Shown: piece after piece, positions 49,719-61,131 of the stretch
Layout of the letters: the number at the start of each line of letters is the position of its first letter
Numbering within the stretch: the first letter of the stretch is position 1
Assembly: GCF_004010195.1 (NCBI RefSeq)
Contig: NC_057719.1
Location: 66,584,066 to 66,648,065, forward strand
Reading direction: 5' to 3'
DNA from: Chiloscyllium plagiosum
Lineage: Eukaryota
Length of the DNA stretch: 64,000 bases
The notes under the pieces: model-generated
What the model saw: only the letters and a program-made list of their open reading frames with translations
Told to the model about the DNA's origin: nothing
Database searches by the model: none
Made by a program: the position numbers and the translations under genes

Positions 49719-50761
49719 CAGGCGATCCAGCTGAAGATACTTCATACGGCCCATATAGCACCGGATCGATTGGCAAAATTTAAGGCAGGGGCATCCCCAA
49801 TGTGTCCCAAATGTAAAATAGAGGTTGGCGCTCTTGTACATTGTCTATGGACCTGTCATAAGATCCGTAGATACTGGACTAAAGTAGCAAGTGCCACTTC
49901 ATAGGGCCCATATAGCACCGGATCGATTGGCAAAATTTAAGGCAGGGGCATCCCCATGTGTCCCAAATGTAAAATAGAGGTGGGCGCTCTTGTACATTGT
50001 CTATGGACCTGTCATAAGATCCGTAGATACTGGACTAAAGTAGCAAGTGCCCTGACAGAAATTTTAGGAATGGAAATTAAAGTCGACCCCGTATCTCTCC
50101 TTTTGGGCTTTTCGAACTTATCCTCCCTGGACATGCACGGGAAGAGACTATTTTCTATTCTCTCTTTCTGTGCAAGGAAAAATATTTTGGTGAACTGGGC
50201 GGCTGAGGGCCCCCCTGGACTTTCAAATTGGCACAGATTAATTATGGAATGTATTCCCCTTGACTTCCTTACAAATATAGTGCACCGAAAGACCGAATTA
50301 TTTTATAAAATATGGCAGCCCTTGAATTATATGAATACAGATATTTCGGCTATCCTAACAAGGGCTTTTATTTAATTGAGATTATGAACCTGGCTGGTCC
50401 GGGGCTCCTTGGGAGAGGAATCCCGCACGAATACGGGTTTTGTTACATTTAATGTTAACACATTTCGAGCATGTATCTCACTACCCAATTTCTATGTTAT
50501 CTGTTGTTTTTTTTGTTGTTTTTTTCTCTTTCTCTTATTTGAATAATGTAATGGACTTAAATATACACTCTGGTTAGTTGTAGGTTAGATTAGTAGTTAG
50601 TTGAGTTTTGTTTTTTTTTCTCGATATTTTTCTTTTGTTAAATTTTGGTTATTATATATTTAAGATTTAATTGTATATCAATGTTTGTACTTGAGAGTTT
50701 TGTTTATTTTTGTAAACTTGTAAAAATGTTAAATTTCTAATAAAAATATCTATTAAAAAAA
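49719..50761 (+). mobile_element. L1-clade LINE, young, 5'-truncated (ORF2 CCHC knuckle, T-rich 3'UTR, AATAAA, A-tail, TSD)
   Basis: QLKILH..HIAPDRLAKF.....CPKCKIEVGALVHCLWTC.KIRRYW...KIWQP; AATAAA at 50739-50744; TSD AAGGTAATTTAT at 49707-49718 and 50760-50771. Confidence 0.92.
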
Positions 50762-51574
50762 GGTAATTTATACCTCAACAAGGGCTTCAGCTAATGAAGG
50801 AGCAGCGCTCCAAAAGCTTGTGATTTTAAATAAATCCATTGGATGATAACCAGGTATTATGTGACCTTTAACTTTGTCCACCCGAGACCAACACCAGCAT
50901 CTCCACATTATGGGAAAGAGGAGAAGTTTAACCATTCATTAATTTGATTCAATTCTGTAAATGTCACTGCCTAAATGAAAATTAAAGACTTGAAACTGCT
51001 ATAGACTTGCATTTGCATTTTTTATTGGAAATATTACTTCATTTAGCCATTTAATGTGATCCTTTCCATCAAACAGTAATATATCAGACTCATTCATCAC
51101 TGGTTTGAAAGTAGTTTAATTGCTATAATCTTCCTCCGCTTTCCTTGGGCTTTTCAATCTTCTCTGGTAATGTAACAGACCATCTCTCACCTCCCTGTGA
51201 TTTTACATTAGATGACATTATCAAAACATAGTAGATAATTATGAGGATAATTATCAGGGCCTTGAATTTCCTCAGGCATTGGGGCAGCAATACCAGCATA
51301 ACTGGATTAATTAAGGCATAAACTGGAGTGGAAACTGGAAAAACCTACTTGTTGGTCTAAAGACCTGAGCATATTCTGTGCTGCTAAATTGCTGAGAACA
51401 TATTATGGGGCTAAAACCTCATTAACATAAACATGATTGCTGACCACTTCAGAGCATTGCTGCTGATGCTTTAGTTACCTTGTCGCCAGTGTACCATTGT
51501 CTTTGTGGCCTTCTTGCTATGACAGATGAGTAGTGCATTCCTCTTGTGCATTTAAGATGTTTGCGAATATAAGC

Positions 51575-52315
51575 CCAGAATTACATACCAGACAGTTTAA
51601 CTTCAGAGGTGAGAAATCTTCTAGAATTAAGTATTCAGGACAGATTTAATAGTTACATGGAAAAATGCAGGTGGATTTGGAAAAGTCAACATGGATTTGT
51701 TAAAGAAACTCATTTCAAATTAAATTGCTGGAGTTCTTTAGAGAAATAATAAAGAAGGTTGGTGAGAGAAGGGCTGGTGATACCATGTACAAGAATTTCC
51801 AAAAGGCATTTGACACAGTGCCAGACCTTTAAGGGAAGTATAGGGCATGGATTAAAAGGGATAGTAGCAACAGAACAAAATTGTTGAATAATGGCTAATA
51901 AAGACTAATGGTTAGTGGGCAGTTTTTGGGATGGAAGCAGGTTTGTAGTGGAATCCCCTAGGGGTTAGTATTAGGGCCCTTACTTTTCCTGACATATATG
52001 GGCACATTGTCAAAGTTTGTGATTAGCATAAAACTTTTATATAACATAAAACATAAAAGTTTTAATGTTCCTTGCAAATTGGTGAGATAAATGTTTTCAC
52101 AAAGCAATACTCAGGGTTGGGAATGCGCTGCCTAAAAGTGTAATGGAGGCAAATTCATTTGAGGCAACCATGATGCTATTGGGTGTTTATTTAAATGGAA
52201 ACAACATGCAGGGTTATGGGGAAAAGGCACTACGTTAAAATGCTCAGAGGATCAGCATAAGCACAATGGGTCAAATGGCTTCTTTCTGCACTGTAACAAT
52301 TTTGTGATCTTATGA
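51575..52315 (+). mobile_element. CR1 LINE RT and 3' fragments, internally deleted
   Basis: SQHGFVK, FQKAFDTVP, SGIP.GLVLGPLLFL and WNALPKSVMEA motifs in order. Confidence 0.8.
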
Positions 52316-52854
52316 CACAATTTTTAATTAAAACTTCACTATTTAGTTCAAGCATCACAACCATGCAAATACTGTTTAATAAAGTTGAACCCACTGATTA
52401 ATAACTACATGGAAAATAATTTCCTGATTTTAAGAAAATGATGCGATCAAGGTTTTCAGTTGATGCAGTAAGCCTCAAGAACAATATTGGAGTGGTGGAT
52501 AACAATTACCTGAGCATTGACATCAGGTTACAGCCTTGAGATCTGCTCTGTAATGTCAAATGATCTTAATCTTATTATGTCATTGGTGCTGGTTCTAGTT
52601 ATCTAGCTAATGGTTTTGTATGATGATTGTCTTAATGGTTATTTCATGTCTTTTGGCATTATTGCTGCAAATTGATAAGATATAGATCCCTGGTTTATTT
52701 CACAATTTATTGTCACAAAAGTACAAAACACACTGCAGTCTTAATTTAAGAATAAAACTTCAATAAAGCTACATTTTTACTGTACTGTCACTACAACAGT
52801 ATGGCATTTGTTTCTGCTATTGCATAATAGAACTTGTTTTTTTTTTATTCCTAG

Positions 52855-52906
52855 CAAAGAATGATCTTAAGGTAGAAGAAGCACATCTTGAAGAATCACA
52901 GAAAAG
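52855..52906 (+). CDS. FMN1: Formin-1 FH2 exon, 52 nt, phase 1/2
   Basis: Poly-T tract + cctAG|CAAAG...AAAAG|GTatc. Reads AKNDLKVEEAHLEESQK(S/R), matching recalled FMN1 AKKEHKMEESHLENAQKS. I could not find the next exon before 64000. Confidence 0.9.
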
Positions 52907-53762
52907 GTATCATATTTCAGCTAATTATCTGACATGTTGCTATAAGACTGTTTTAGCTGAAAGATGAAATGCCGGATTCTTTAAATTTTATTAGATGTTT
53001 CAAAATTGTATGAGGGTAAAATCATGTTCTTCAAATGTTTTTGGTATGCAGTCCCATTATAAAGTATTAACCTCAAGCATATTTAGCATAAAAGAACATT
53101 GATTATTTGTGAAAAATTACCCTTTCCAAGTCTATTATTGTGCAAAAATCAGTAATGCTGCAGTTTTACATGGATCCGGCTCTGATGAAGAGCAAAGTGA
53201 AACGTGCACGTGGTTCATGTCAGAGGTTAGTTAGTTATGTTGGATCAATATTCGCCACTGCTAACCACTCCAAATTAACAGGGTCGCTGGAAAGCATCTT
53301 ATTGGCTAGGGAAGGTGCAAGTTCACTTTTAGACTTACCTCTGTCAAACTGAGTCTCTGCGATTTTGCAGCATCCTACAATATTACTGCAGAAGTTTGGT
53401 ATTTCAGTTTTTTGGTTTACTTCAGTTGTGGATCTTTCTGCACGAACAATGATGTCCTTTCAATATGGAGGAAGACTGTAAATTTGCATGTGGTTATTTA
53501 GGCTTCAAAAATTTCTGACCCATTGGTGAGGGTGGTAAAGTATATTATACTTCACTTCATATAACCAAGCAGTTTCTGTTGTAAACATGATGCTCAGAAA
53601 ATGAAATGAAATATATCAAACATTTAACATTGAGGGTGCAATTGAATAGTGACAGAAATATATCAGCCACCATATAGGATCTGGCACTTGTAAAAACCAT
53701 ATATTTTTAGCTTCCGAGATTTTTGATTGTGGACTGAAACAGAAAAGAGCTGCTTTAAGGAT

Positions 53763-54595
53763 TGCTACACCTTTTAAAAGTAAAGTAACCTGTATTCAAG
53801 ACAAGTGCTGTTTACACACCTGGTGCTGGTTTGTAGGCAGGTTTGAGCCAAGTTTGAGGATAAATTGGAGTTAAGGTGTGTATGGAAAGAGCTTTGACTG
53901 ACAAAACATAATTGATTGGTCTGTGAACTAGTGCCTAGTTATCAATGACAAAGACTTTCTGCCTGCCAGTAACAGTGCAATTGGTTCTCAGTTAGCTGAA
54001 CAACAAGTGAGCATGAATCTTTTGGCAGAAACCATTGGAGTTCTGGAGAAGAAGGAGCTGGTTTTGCTCTGCAGTTAAAAAGCTTAAGATACCCAGTTTA
54101 TTTTCCCTTTCCGGTTACTGTGACTTATCATTGATAAGTCAAAGACCTTTATAATTCAGAACCGGTCACCTTGTGTCTCCTAGAACACCTTGTGGAGAAA
54201 GAAGATTGAGAAGCAGCATTATTCTGACCAGCACAAACCTACGGACAAGGACCATGAACTGTCTTCCCAGTTTTTGTCTCTATCCATACACCCATGTCTC
54301 TTTTTTCCATGTCTGTGTCAGTCTGTATGTGAGTGTAGAGGGGAAGTCTTTAAAGGAGCTGAGCTTTAATAAGTAGAGTTACATATTAGTTGTTTATCTG
54401 TAGTTAGACCCGATCTATTTGTAATAAATAGTCAACTTCGTTAAGTATACAAAGGTGGTCCATGCATTCTATTGACCTCGGTTTAAAACACAAGTAAATT
54501 GGGGAATATTGTGTACTTCTATAAAATATTTAATATTATGACTCCAAAAATAGCAAAGTTTGCCCTCTAGAGCACTACCCCAGTGAGGCATAACA
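53763..54595 (+). mobile_element. Possible solo LTR
   Basis: TG(CTA)...(A)TAACA termini, internal AATAAA near 54423, LTR-like length. No TSD found. Confidence 0.35.
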
Positions 54596-55954
54596 CACTG
54601 TTGAGATGTCCTGAGCACAGGCCTAAAACAAGCATTGAGACCTTGTATGTACAATTATATTAATATGCTGTATTCAGGTTTGAGCAATTGCTAGTTTTTT
54701 AAAGTAACATTTGTTCATATTTCTTCACCTGTTGTGACCTCTATTGCATGATGGAATAGATTTAAAAGGTGATGCTCATTATTTATACCATGCTTAACAT
54801 TGAATTAGTTCAAAATCATCCTGGTTAAAAATGGCTTGTAAATTAAAATGTTCAAAAACAAATAATCAACACAATAAAACTCAAAGTGGAAGCTTCAAGT
54901 TACTTTGAAGAAGTATCATTAATACCTCCAAACCTATCCTTTGGCATCACCTAGAGACTGGGGCCTAGATTTTCACCTTGACAGAGAACCTCCCTGTCAT
55001 GATGAAAATGGTAGAAGTGGCTAAAAATTGTATTTCGCTGAACATGAATGCTTCCCATTTTCACAAGGAGTGGGAGTGGATTCATCAGGATTTTTGTAAG
55101 TGTAGTTCACAGAGACAAATGTCTTATCAATTATCAGCTGGCTTCACTAAAATAGGATTTTGGAAGCTTTTATTACAATTCTGACAGGAGAAATGCATTG
55201 GCAAATAAGCCCCACTACTCAACAAGCCATACCAAAAGTCTAAATGTTTCATTTGATCACCAAAATGGTGAATTTGTTTCTCTTTATTACTGTTGCCTAG
55301 AACAAAAGAAACTTTCACTAAGTTTCTTCAATTAATTCACATAACTCATTTATTAAAAATAAACTTATTCTTTAGACAACAGGTAAAACTTGGTATCAAC
55401 TAAACTTCTGTACAAAATTAAACTGTGTCCCTTCAATCCCAAAAACTCACATTTGTACACAAACAAGGCATGTCAACTCAACTCTACAGCAATATTGTAG
55501 GCTTAGAAGGAGAAAAGGCAAATAAGTAACAACAGCCAAAGGCACCAATTCAGAAGATAGGATGGGGCAGCTTCTCATAATTCCTTTGATTCCCTGTCAA
55601 CAGTGTCAACTTGAGGAATTATGAAGACCTTGAGACTAGATTTCAGATTTGAATGAGATACATTAAAATTAAACAAAGAACTGTGAATGCTGGAAACCTG
55701 AAACCGATCTGAGGAGAGAAAACAGGGTTAAATGTTTCAAGTCCAGTGGCCCTTTTTCAGAACTGTGGCTGCAGAAACAAGTTTTCCAAATGCCTTGTCA
55801 AACGCTAGGAGTGACAATGAAAGAAATGATGGTGAGCAAGAGAAAAGGGAATCCTGACAGACAGCAGAGCATATATGGTGGGCATACATGGAAGAGATCA
55901 TCGTAGAATCCATATAATGCGGAAGCAGGCCACTTTCTCCACGGCTAACCCACC

Positions 55955-56486
55955 TTGCCTGCACACTGTGGGCAATTTAGCTTGACGAGTTCACTTAACA
56001 TGCACATCCTTAGGCTGTGGGAGGAAAACAGAGCACCCAGTGGAAACCCACGTAGACATGGGGAGAATGTGCAAACTCCATGCGGTCACCCAAGGCTGGA
56101 ATTGAGCTGTGAGGCAGCTGTGCTAACCACTGAACCACCGTGTAGTAGAGTTCATAGAATCATGGAATCCCTACATTGTGGAAACAGGCCATTTGGCCCA
56201 TCGAGTTCCAATTGACCCTCCAAACAGCATCCCACTCAGACCCACCCCATTTCTGTAACCCTGCATTTCCCATGAATGATCCATCCAGCCTACATATCCC
56301 TGGACACTGGGCAACATAGCATGGCTAGTCCACTTAAACTGCACATTTTTGGACCTTGGGAGGAAACCCCAACAGACATGGGGAGAATGTGCAAACTCCA
56401 CACAGACAGTCACCTGAGGCTGGAATCCAGCCCATGTCCCTGGTGTTGTGAGGCAGCAGTACTAATCACTGAGCCACCATGTTGCC
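55955..56486 (-). mobile_element. Two tandem older HE1-type SINEs (about 55955-56141 and 56155-56486)
   Basis: Reverse-complement similarity to the 8274 copy. Confidence 0.85.
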
Positions 56487-59400
56487 ATAACACTAAATTT
56501 AAACACTAAAATTTTAAAAATGAACTACAGGTGCTGGAAATTTTGAACAGAAACCAAAATTGCTGGAGAAACTCAGCAGGTCTGGCAGCATCTGTGGAGA
56601 GAAAGCAGAGTTAATGTTTCATGTACAGTGATCATTCTTCAGAACTCAGTTTATAACTAGTTCACTGAAACAGTGCGCTTTTAACAGTTTTACTTTTGGT
56701 TTTGTCTGTTACAGACTGAGTGAGATTTGCTTTCTGCTGCAAACTTCAAAAACTCATACATCTAGGTCTATGAAAATCTAAGACTGATTGATTGACAGAA
56801 CCTTGCCATTGATCAATCCAGATCCAGTTTCAAATACTTCACAGTGTAATCCATAACATTTTATCTGGAAGTCAGCATTGATCTGGAAGAAAAAACACAT
56901 ACCAGCAAGAGAAAAGGGGAAGTATACCGTGCCTGAAATGTTCCTCATCATCATAGTCAAATTTCATATGAAGTCTCTTGGAGATACTTTGCACTGTTAC
57001 CTTAATTAAGGCTAAGTTTGGAATGCCTTCTTGAAATCAAGATTCAATTATGATTTTCACTGACGAGTTTATTTTCAACTTTATATACTAAATAACAGAC
57101 TTCAGTGGATGCTAAACTTAAATTGTAAAACAAATAGACAATCAAGCAATCCAATTTTAATTACCATAAGACCACAAGGCATTGGAGCAGAAATTAGGCG
57201 ATTCAGCCCATCAAGTCTAGCAGGAATATCAAAACATTGCAGATGGTGTAACTGGTGGTGGCCAAATCTGAATTGTGACCAGTTAGGTTCAGAATCACTG
57301 CTGGCAAGGCCAGAAATGGGATACACTAATCTGGCCGATAGCTGGTACACTAGTATCGTAGCAACTTTGGATTCAAATGACAAATTATACTGTTCTGAAT
57401 TACTATTGTAGTTATTATTCCAGCTCCATTGTTTCAATTCTCTGAACCTAATATAACTTTCAATCCTTCCATAGTGCATAAAATAGCAAGTAAAAAGGAA
57501 TTTTTAATCAATATATTCTGTTTGTAAATGGATGCTAAATATGCCTACTGTATGCAAATCCTTATCTTCACCATATATACTATTTACCTTGTTCCTATCT
57601 CTATATTAGTTCTAGTTAGGTTCCGTAGATATCCTGAAATCAGTTGTTGTATCATCTGAACCATCATGACGACAAATTTGTGGCAGCATCTTTTCTCTTC
57701 CCTTCAGGTTTGAATTGTGATCTGGCAATTATATGCTCTATCTAGTTGTTTTGATCATTAATGTTTACTTGTACCCTGTCAAATTTGTGTCTCACTTGTA
57801 ACAGTATTTGATTAGGTTTTTTTTACATTGGCCAAGTCCAGTTTTCAAGATTATTGATTGGGGCTGAGAAGAGTGGAGGAGAATTTAGATTCAAGTGTCA
57901 GACATCATCATCTTTGAAGTGTTCTTTCTGTACCATAAAAGTCATTACTACTTCAACAAGGTGTGTCTTTCTGATTTTAAATGCCATTAGTTTCTCAGTC
58001 TTCACGTCTGAATTACCCTACTCAAGAAGTCATAAAAAGTTTAAAATGTTGTAATTACTTACTTACAAGAACTTCATTCTAGTGGTAAACAGGCTTCACA
58101 AATGCATGGATGCATTTGGGACGTGAAGTCTTCCTGAAGTCTGTTGCCAGCTTCCACGTTATAACCTCTCCAAATTTTGTACCTTCTACACCCTTTGAAA
58201 GTATAATCCCAGTAGAACCATTACTGTCTCCACAGTTCCATATTTGTGTGTGTAAATTCATTTGATTTTTTTCGACTGGAAAACTGGGCAGATGACATTT
58301 CTATCAAATTTCCATTTCAAAATTGAACCCTCTGGATATCCAAACACAATTTGATTTGTCTGTCGATCTCCAAGTCATCTAATGAATTGGAATACGCAGT
58401 ATTTCAATGAGAGTCGTTGGCAGTGTTCAAGGTTTTCTGGTTTTATGATACATTTGAGGTTATTTAGAATTAAAAATATAGTGTGTTCCTTTTGGCTGGA
58501 TGAGGTAAGACTAGTAGAAGCAAGGAATTTCTGAGTTTGAAGATTGGTAACAGTTTGAGGAATGATCAACTTGTTGGTAATTTGGCATTCTTGTAGTACT
58601 TATTTCTGACTGCTGATGGAAGTGTGATATTAGTGGGATATTTTGCCTTCATTCACCCACCATGAAGGCTCCTCAACATCAGGTATTCCCTTTAGGCACA
58701 TGCTCTTTATCATGGATGAATTGAAGAAGTTGGAACAAGGGAGAGGTAAGGCACTGGTAAAATGCAGCAGATGCAGGAAATCTGAACCAAGAATAGAAAA
58801 TGCTGGGAAAATGTATTAGGTAAGGCAGCATCTGTGATGAAAGCCAGAGTTAATGTTTCAAGTCAGTAAGAAAAGGCAAGATTGTCCCACGTTAGATAAT
58901 AAGCTGCACAAGTGGAGACACATCAATCTGCACTTACATGAATTATAAATGTGACCCTTGGTCCTCACGACACATTCCAGCTGAAAAACTTTTTCCACAT
59001 TTCTATATTATGCAGTGACTGTACATTTCAAAAGTACTTAACTAGATGCACACTCTTCAGTTGCTGCATATATTTAGATACTCTGCTCATAAGTGGGCAG
59101 CAGTCAGAGATAATTTGACGATCAGTCTTTCTCAATATTGTTGCCTGGGCCCTCCTGGTGAAAGTTTGAGTTAAGGCAGAGGATAGCTTCATTAATTGCC
59201 TCTCTTTATGTAAATGGTAATCCTAACAGCACCACAGTAACCTTGCATCTAAACACACACACACACTGCACTATCCTGTTTCTATCTTCCAATCACCTCT
59301 CAGCATATACTTCTGCAAGGCATAGCTTTTGATGAAGACTAAAAATTGTTTCTTTTCTTTTTTTTCACCACTCTGCCCTTTTAATGCCCTCATAACCTTT

Positions 59401-61131
59401 ACCAATGCTGCAGAATTGGTTGTATTGGGCTGCTACATTTTTCACCTTCAACAGTAACAAATCCTCTAGTGTGGTGGGAATCCACCAAGTGTCTACCTTC
59501 TTAACATCTGACCCATAATCAAGCAGAAAAGGTGAGATTGCAATAATCTCAGGTCACAAACTGAATTTATACCTACCACAATACCATCTCAAAGAGAATC
59601 AAGGTCTGTCCATCAATGAAGGTTAACAGCAGCATACTTAAGTGATATCTCAACTCTTATGAACCTACTATCGAGATTATATTGAATGGACATGATGGAA
59701 ATAATCATAAATAGTATTCTTTCTTAAGTCGTAGCTTCTAATTTTAGAGAACATTCAGTGATGAATTTTAACATTTACCGTATATTACTTATAATTTGAA
59801 TATTACATTTCATTTATAAAACAAGGTTATAAGCTCAATATCCAAAAATATCCAAGGTTGCTTTAATGTGTGGCAATAATGATTTACCTATGACAGGAGA
59901 ATAACGCACAACACATTTGTCATAGCCATTATATTTTAATATTGCGTGCTAAATCTTTAAAATAACGTCAACAGTTATGGAAGGAGTCAAATTTCATAAC
60001 ACTTCAATTAAAGCAAAGTACATGATTCTGAATATTATATATTCTCAGTAATGCATTTAACTGTGGAGGTTGACCTGGCATTTTAGTAGTTGGAATATGA
60101 TCACTCACTGGGTTTGTTTTTTGCTCCAAGTCAACATTTATCTCTCTTTCTTTACTATGTCTGGGTACATTTGTCCAACTTTAAATTATTCATTGTAATT
60201 TTCTTAGTAACTATTCTTAGTAAAAGTATTCTGACTGAAGTTATTCATTCCTGTTGCTATTTTGGATCATGTTCAATCTCCCTTTTTTGGATTACATCTG
60301 TAATGCATTGGCTCTCCTTTTTCTGTCTTCCAAATTATCCAGTAATTTTTTTATTGGAAAGAGATCTTGCTCCGACATTGCACAGCTCTAAATGTCTGTT
60401 TTGTTATTTGTATTTTACTTGTCTGTGTCCAGATGCCAAGAATGTTGCTGTACCATAAGTGTAAGACCACATTGTGGTATGCTCATTATCCTTTGAAAGA
60501 ATCCCTTCCACATCATAACTGATATTATAATACCCACTCAAGTACTTTCTCTAGCAGGCATTAACTATTCTTCAGCTTCTAGCAGATACTGATTTATAAC
60601 TTTCACTCTAATTTCCACAGTGTTTCCCTTGACACACCCTCCAATTTACCTTCTATCAATCACTTGTCATCTTCAGCAATGGAGTGAACTACCAGAGACA
60701 TTACTTAAAATTATTTTTAGTAGCGACATGAGTTAAATCTTACAAAAATAAAGAATGGACAACTCTATGTTATATACATTGCTTATTGCATAGTACACTT
60801 GGTAAGTTCCAAAGTGTTCATGTGACATCAATTAAATTGTATTTTACTGCAGTAAAACCCTTTTTATAAAGTTGTCAATGTGGGTTATGCAATCTCTGTA
60901 GTATTGAGTGTGATGTTATAGAGAGAATGATTTATAGGGTTTTTCTGTTAATAAGAGAGACATAAGCCATATATATGAAATCAAAGTATATGGTATATTA
61001 TTGTCATAGTGAGCGGCTACTGGTATTCATTCATGACAAATTTGTATTTTACACAGGCTCAACCTTGACTAAGCATTCTTTGATCTTGTTTGTTACATGC
61101 ACATAATATCTGAATGAACATCCAGATCTAA

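Noticed and set aside
53175..53230. CTGATGA...GAAAC...GTC hammerhead-like string 270 bp after the 52-nt exon
   Set aside because: A stem III can be drawn (ACGTG/CATGT), but stem II (AGAGCAAAGT) does not pair and stem I has only 2 bp; likely chance or fully decayed.
54670..57730. Candidate acceptors for the next FMN1 exon (ttcAG|GTTTGAG near 54677; ttcAG|GTTTGAA near 57707)
   Set aside because: Both hit an in-frame stop within a few codons and lack the expected YFG.KPK.GEKE motif; the next exon is probably beyond the window.
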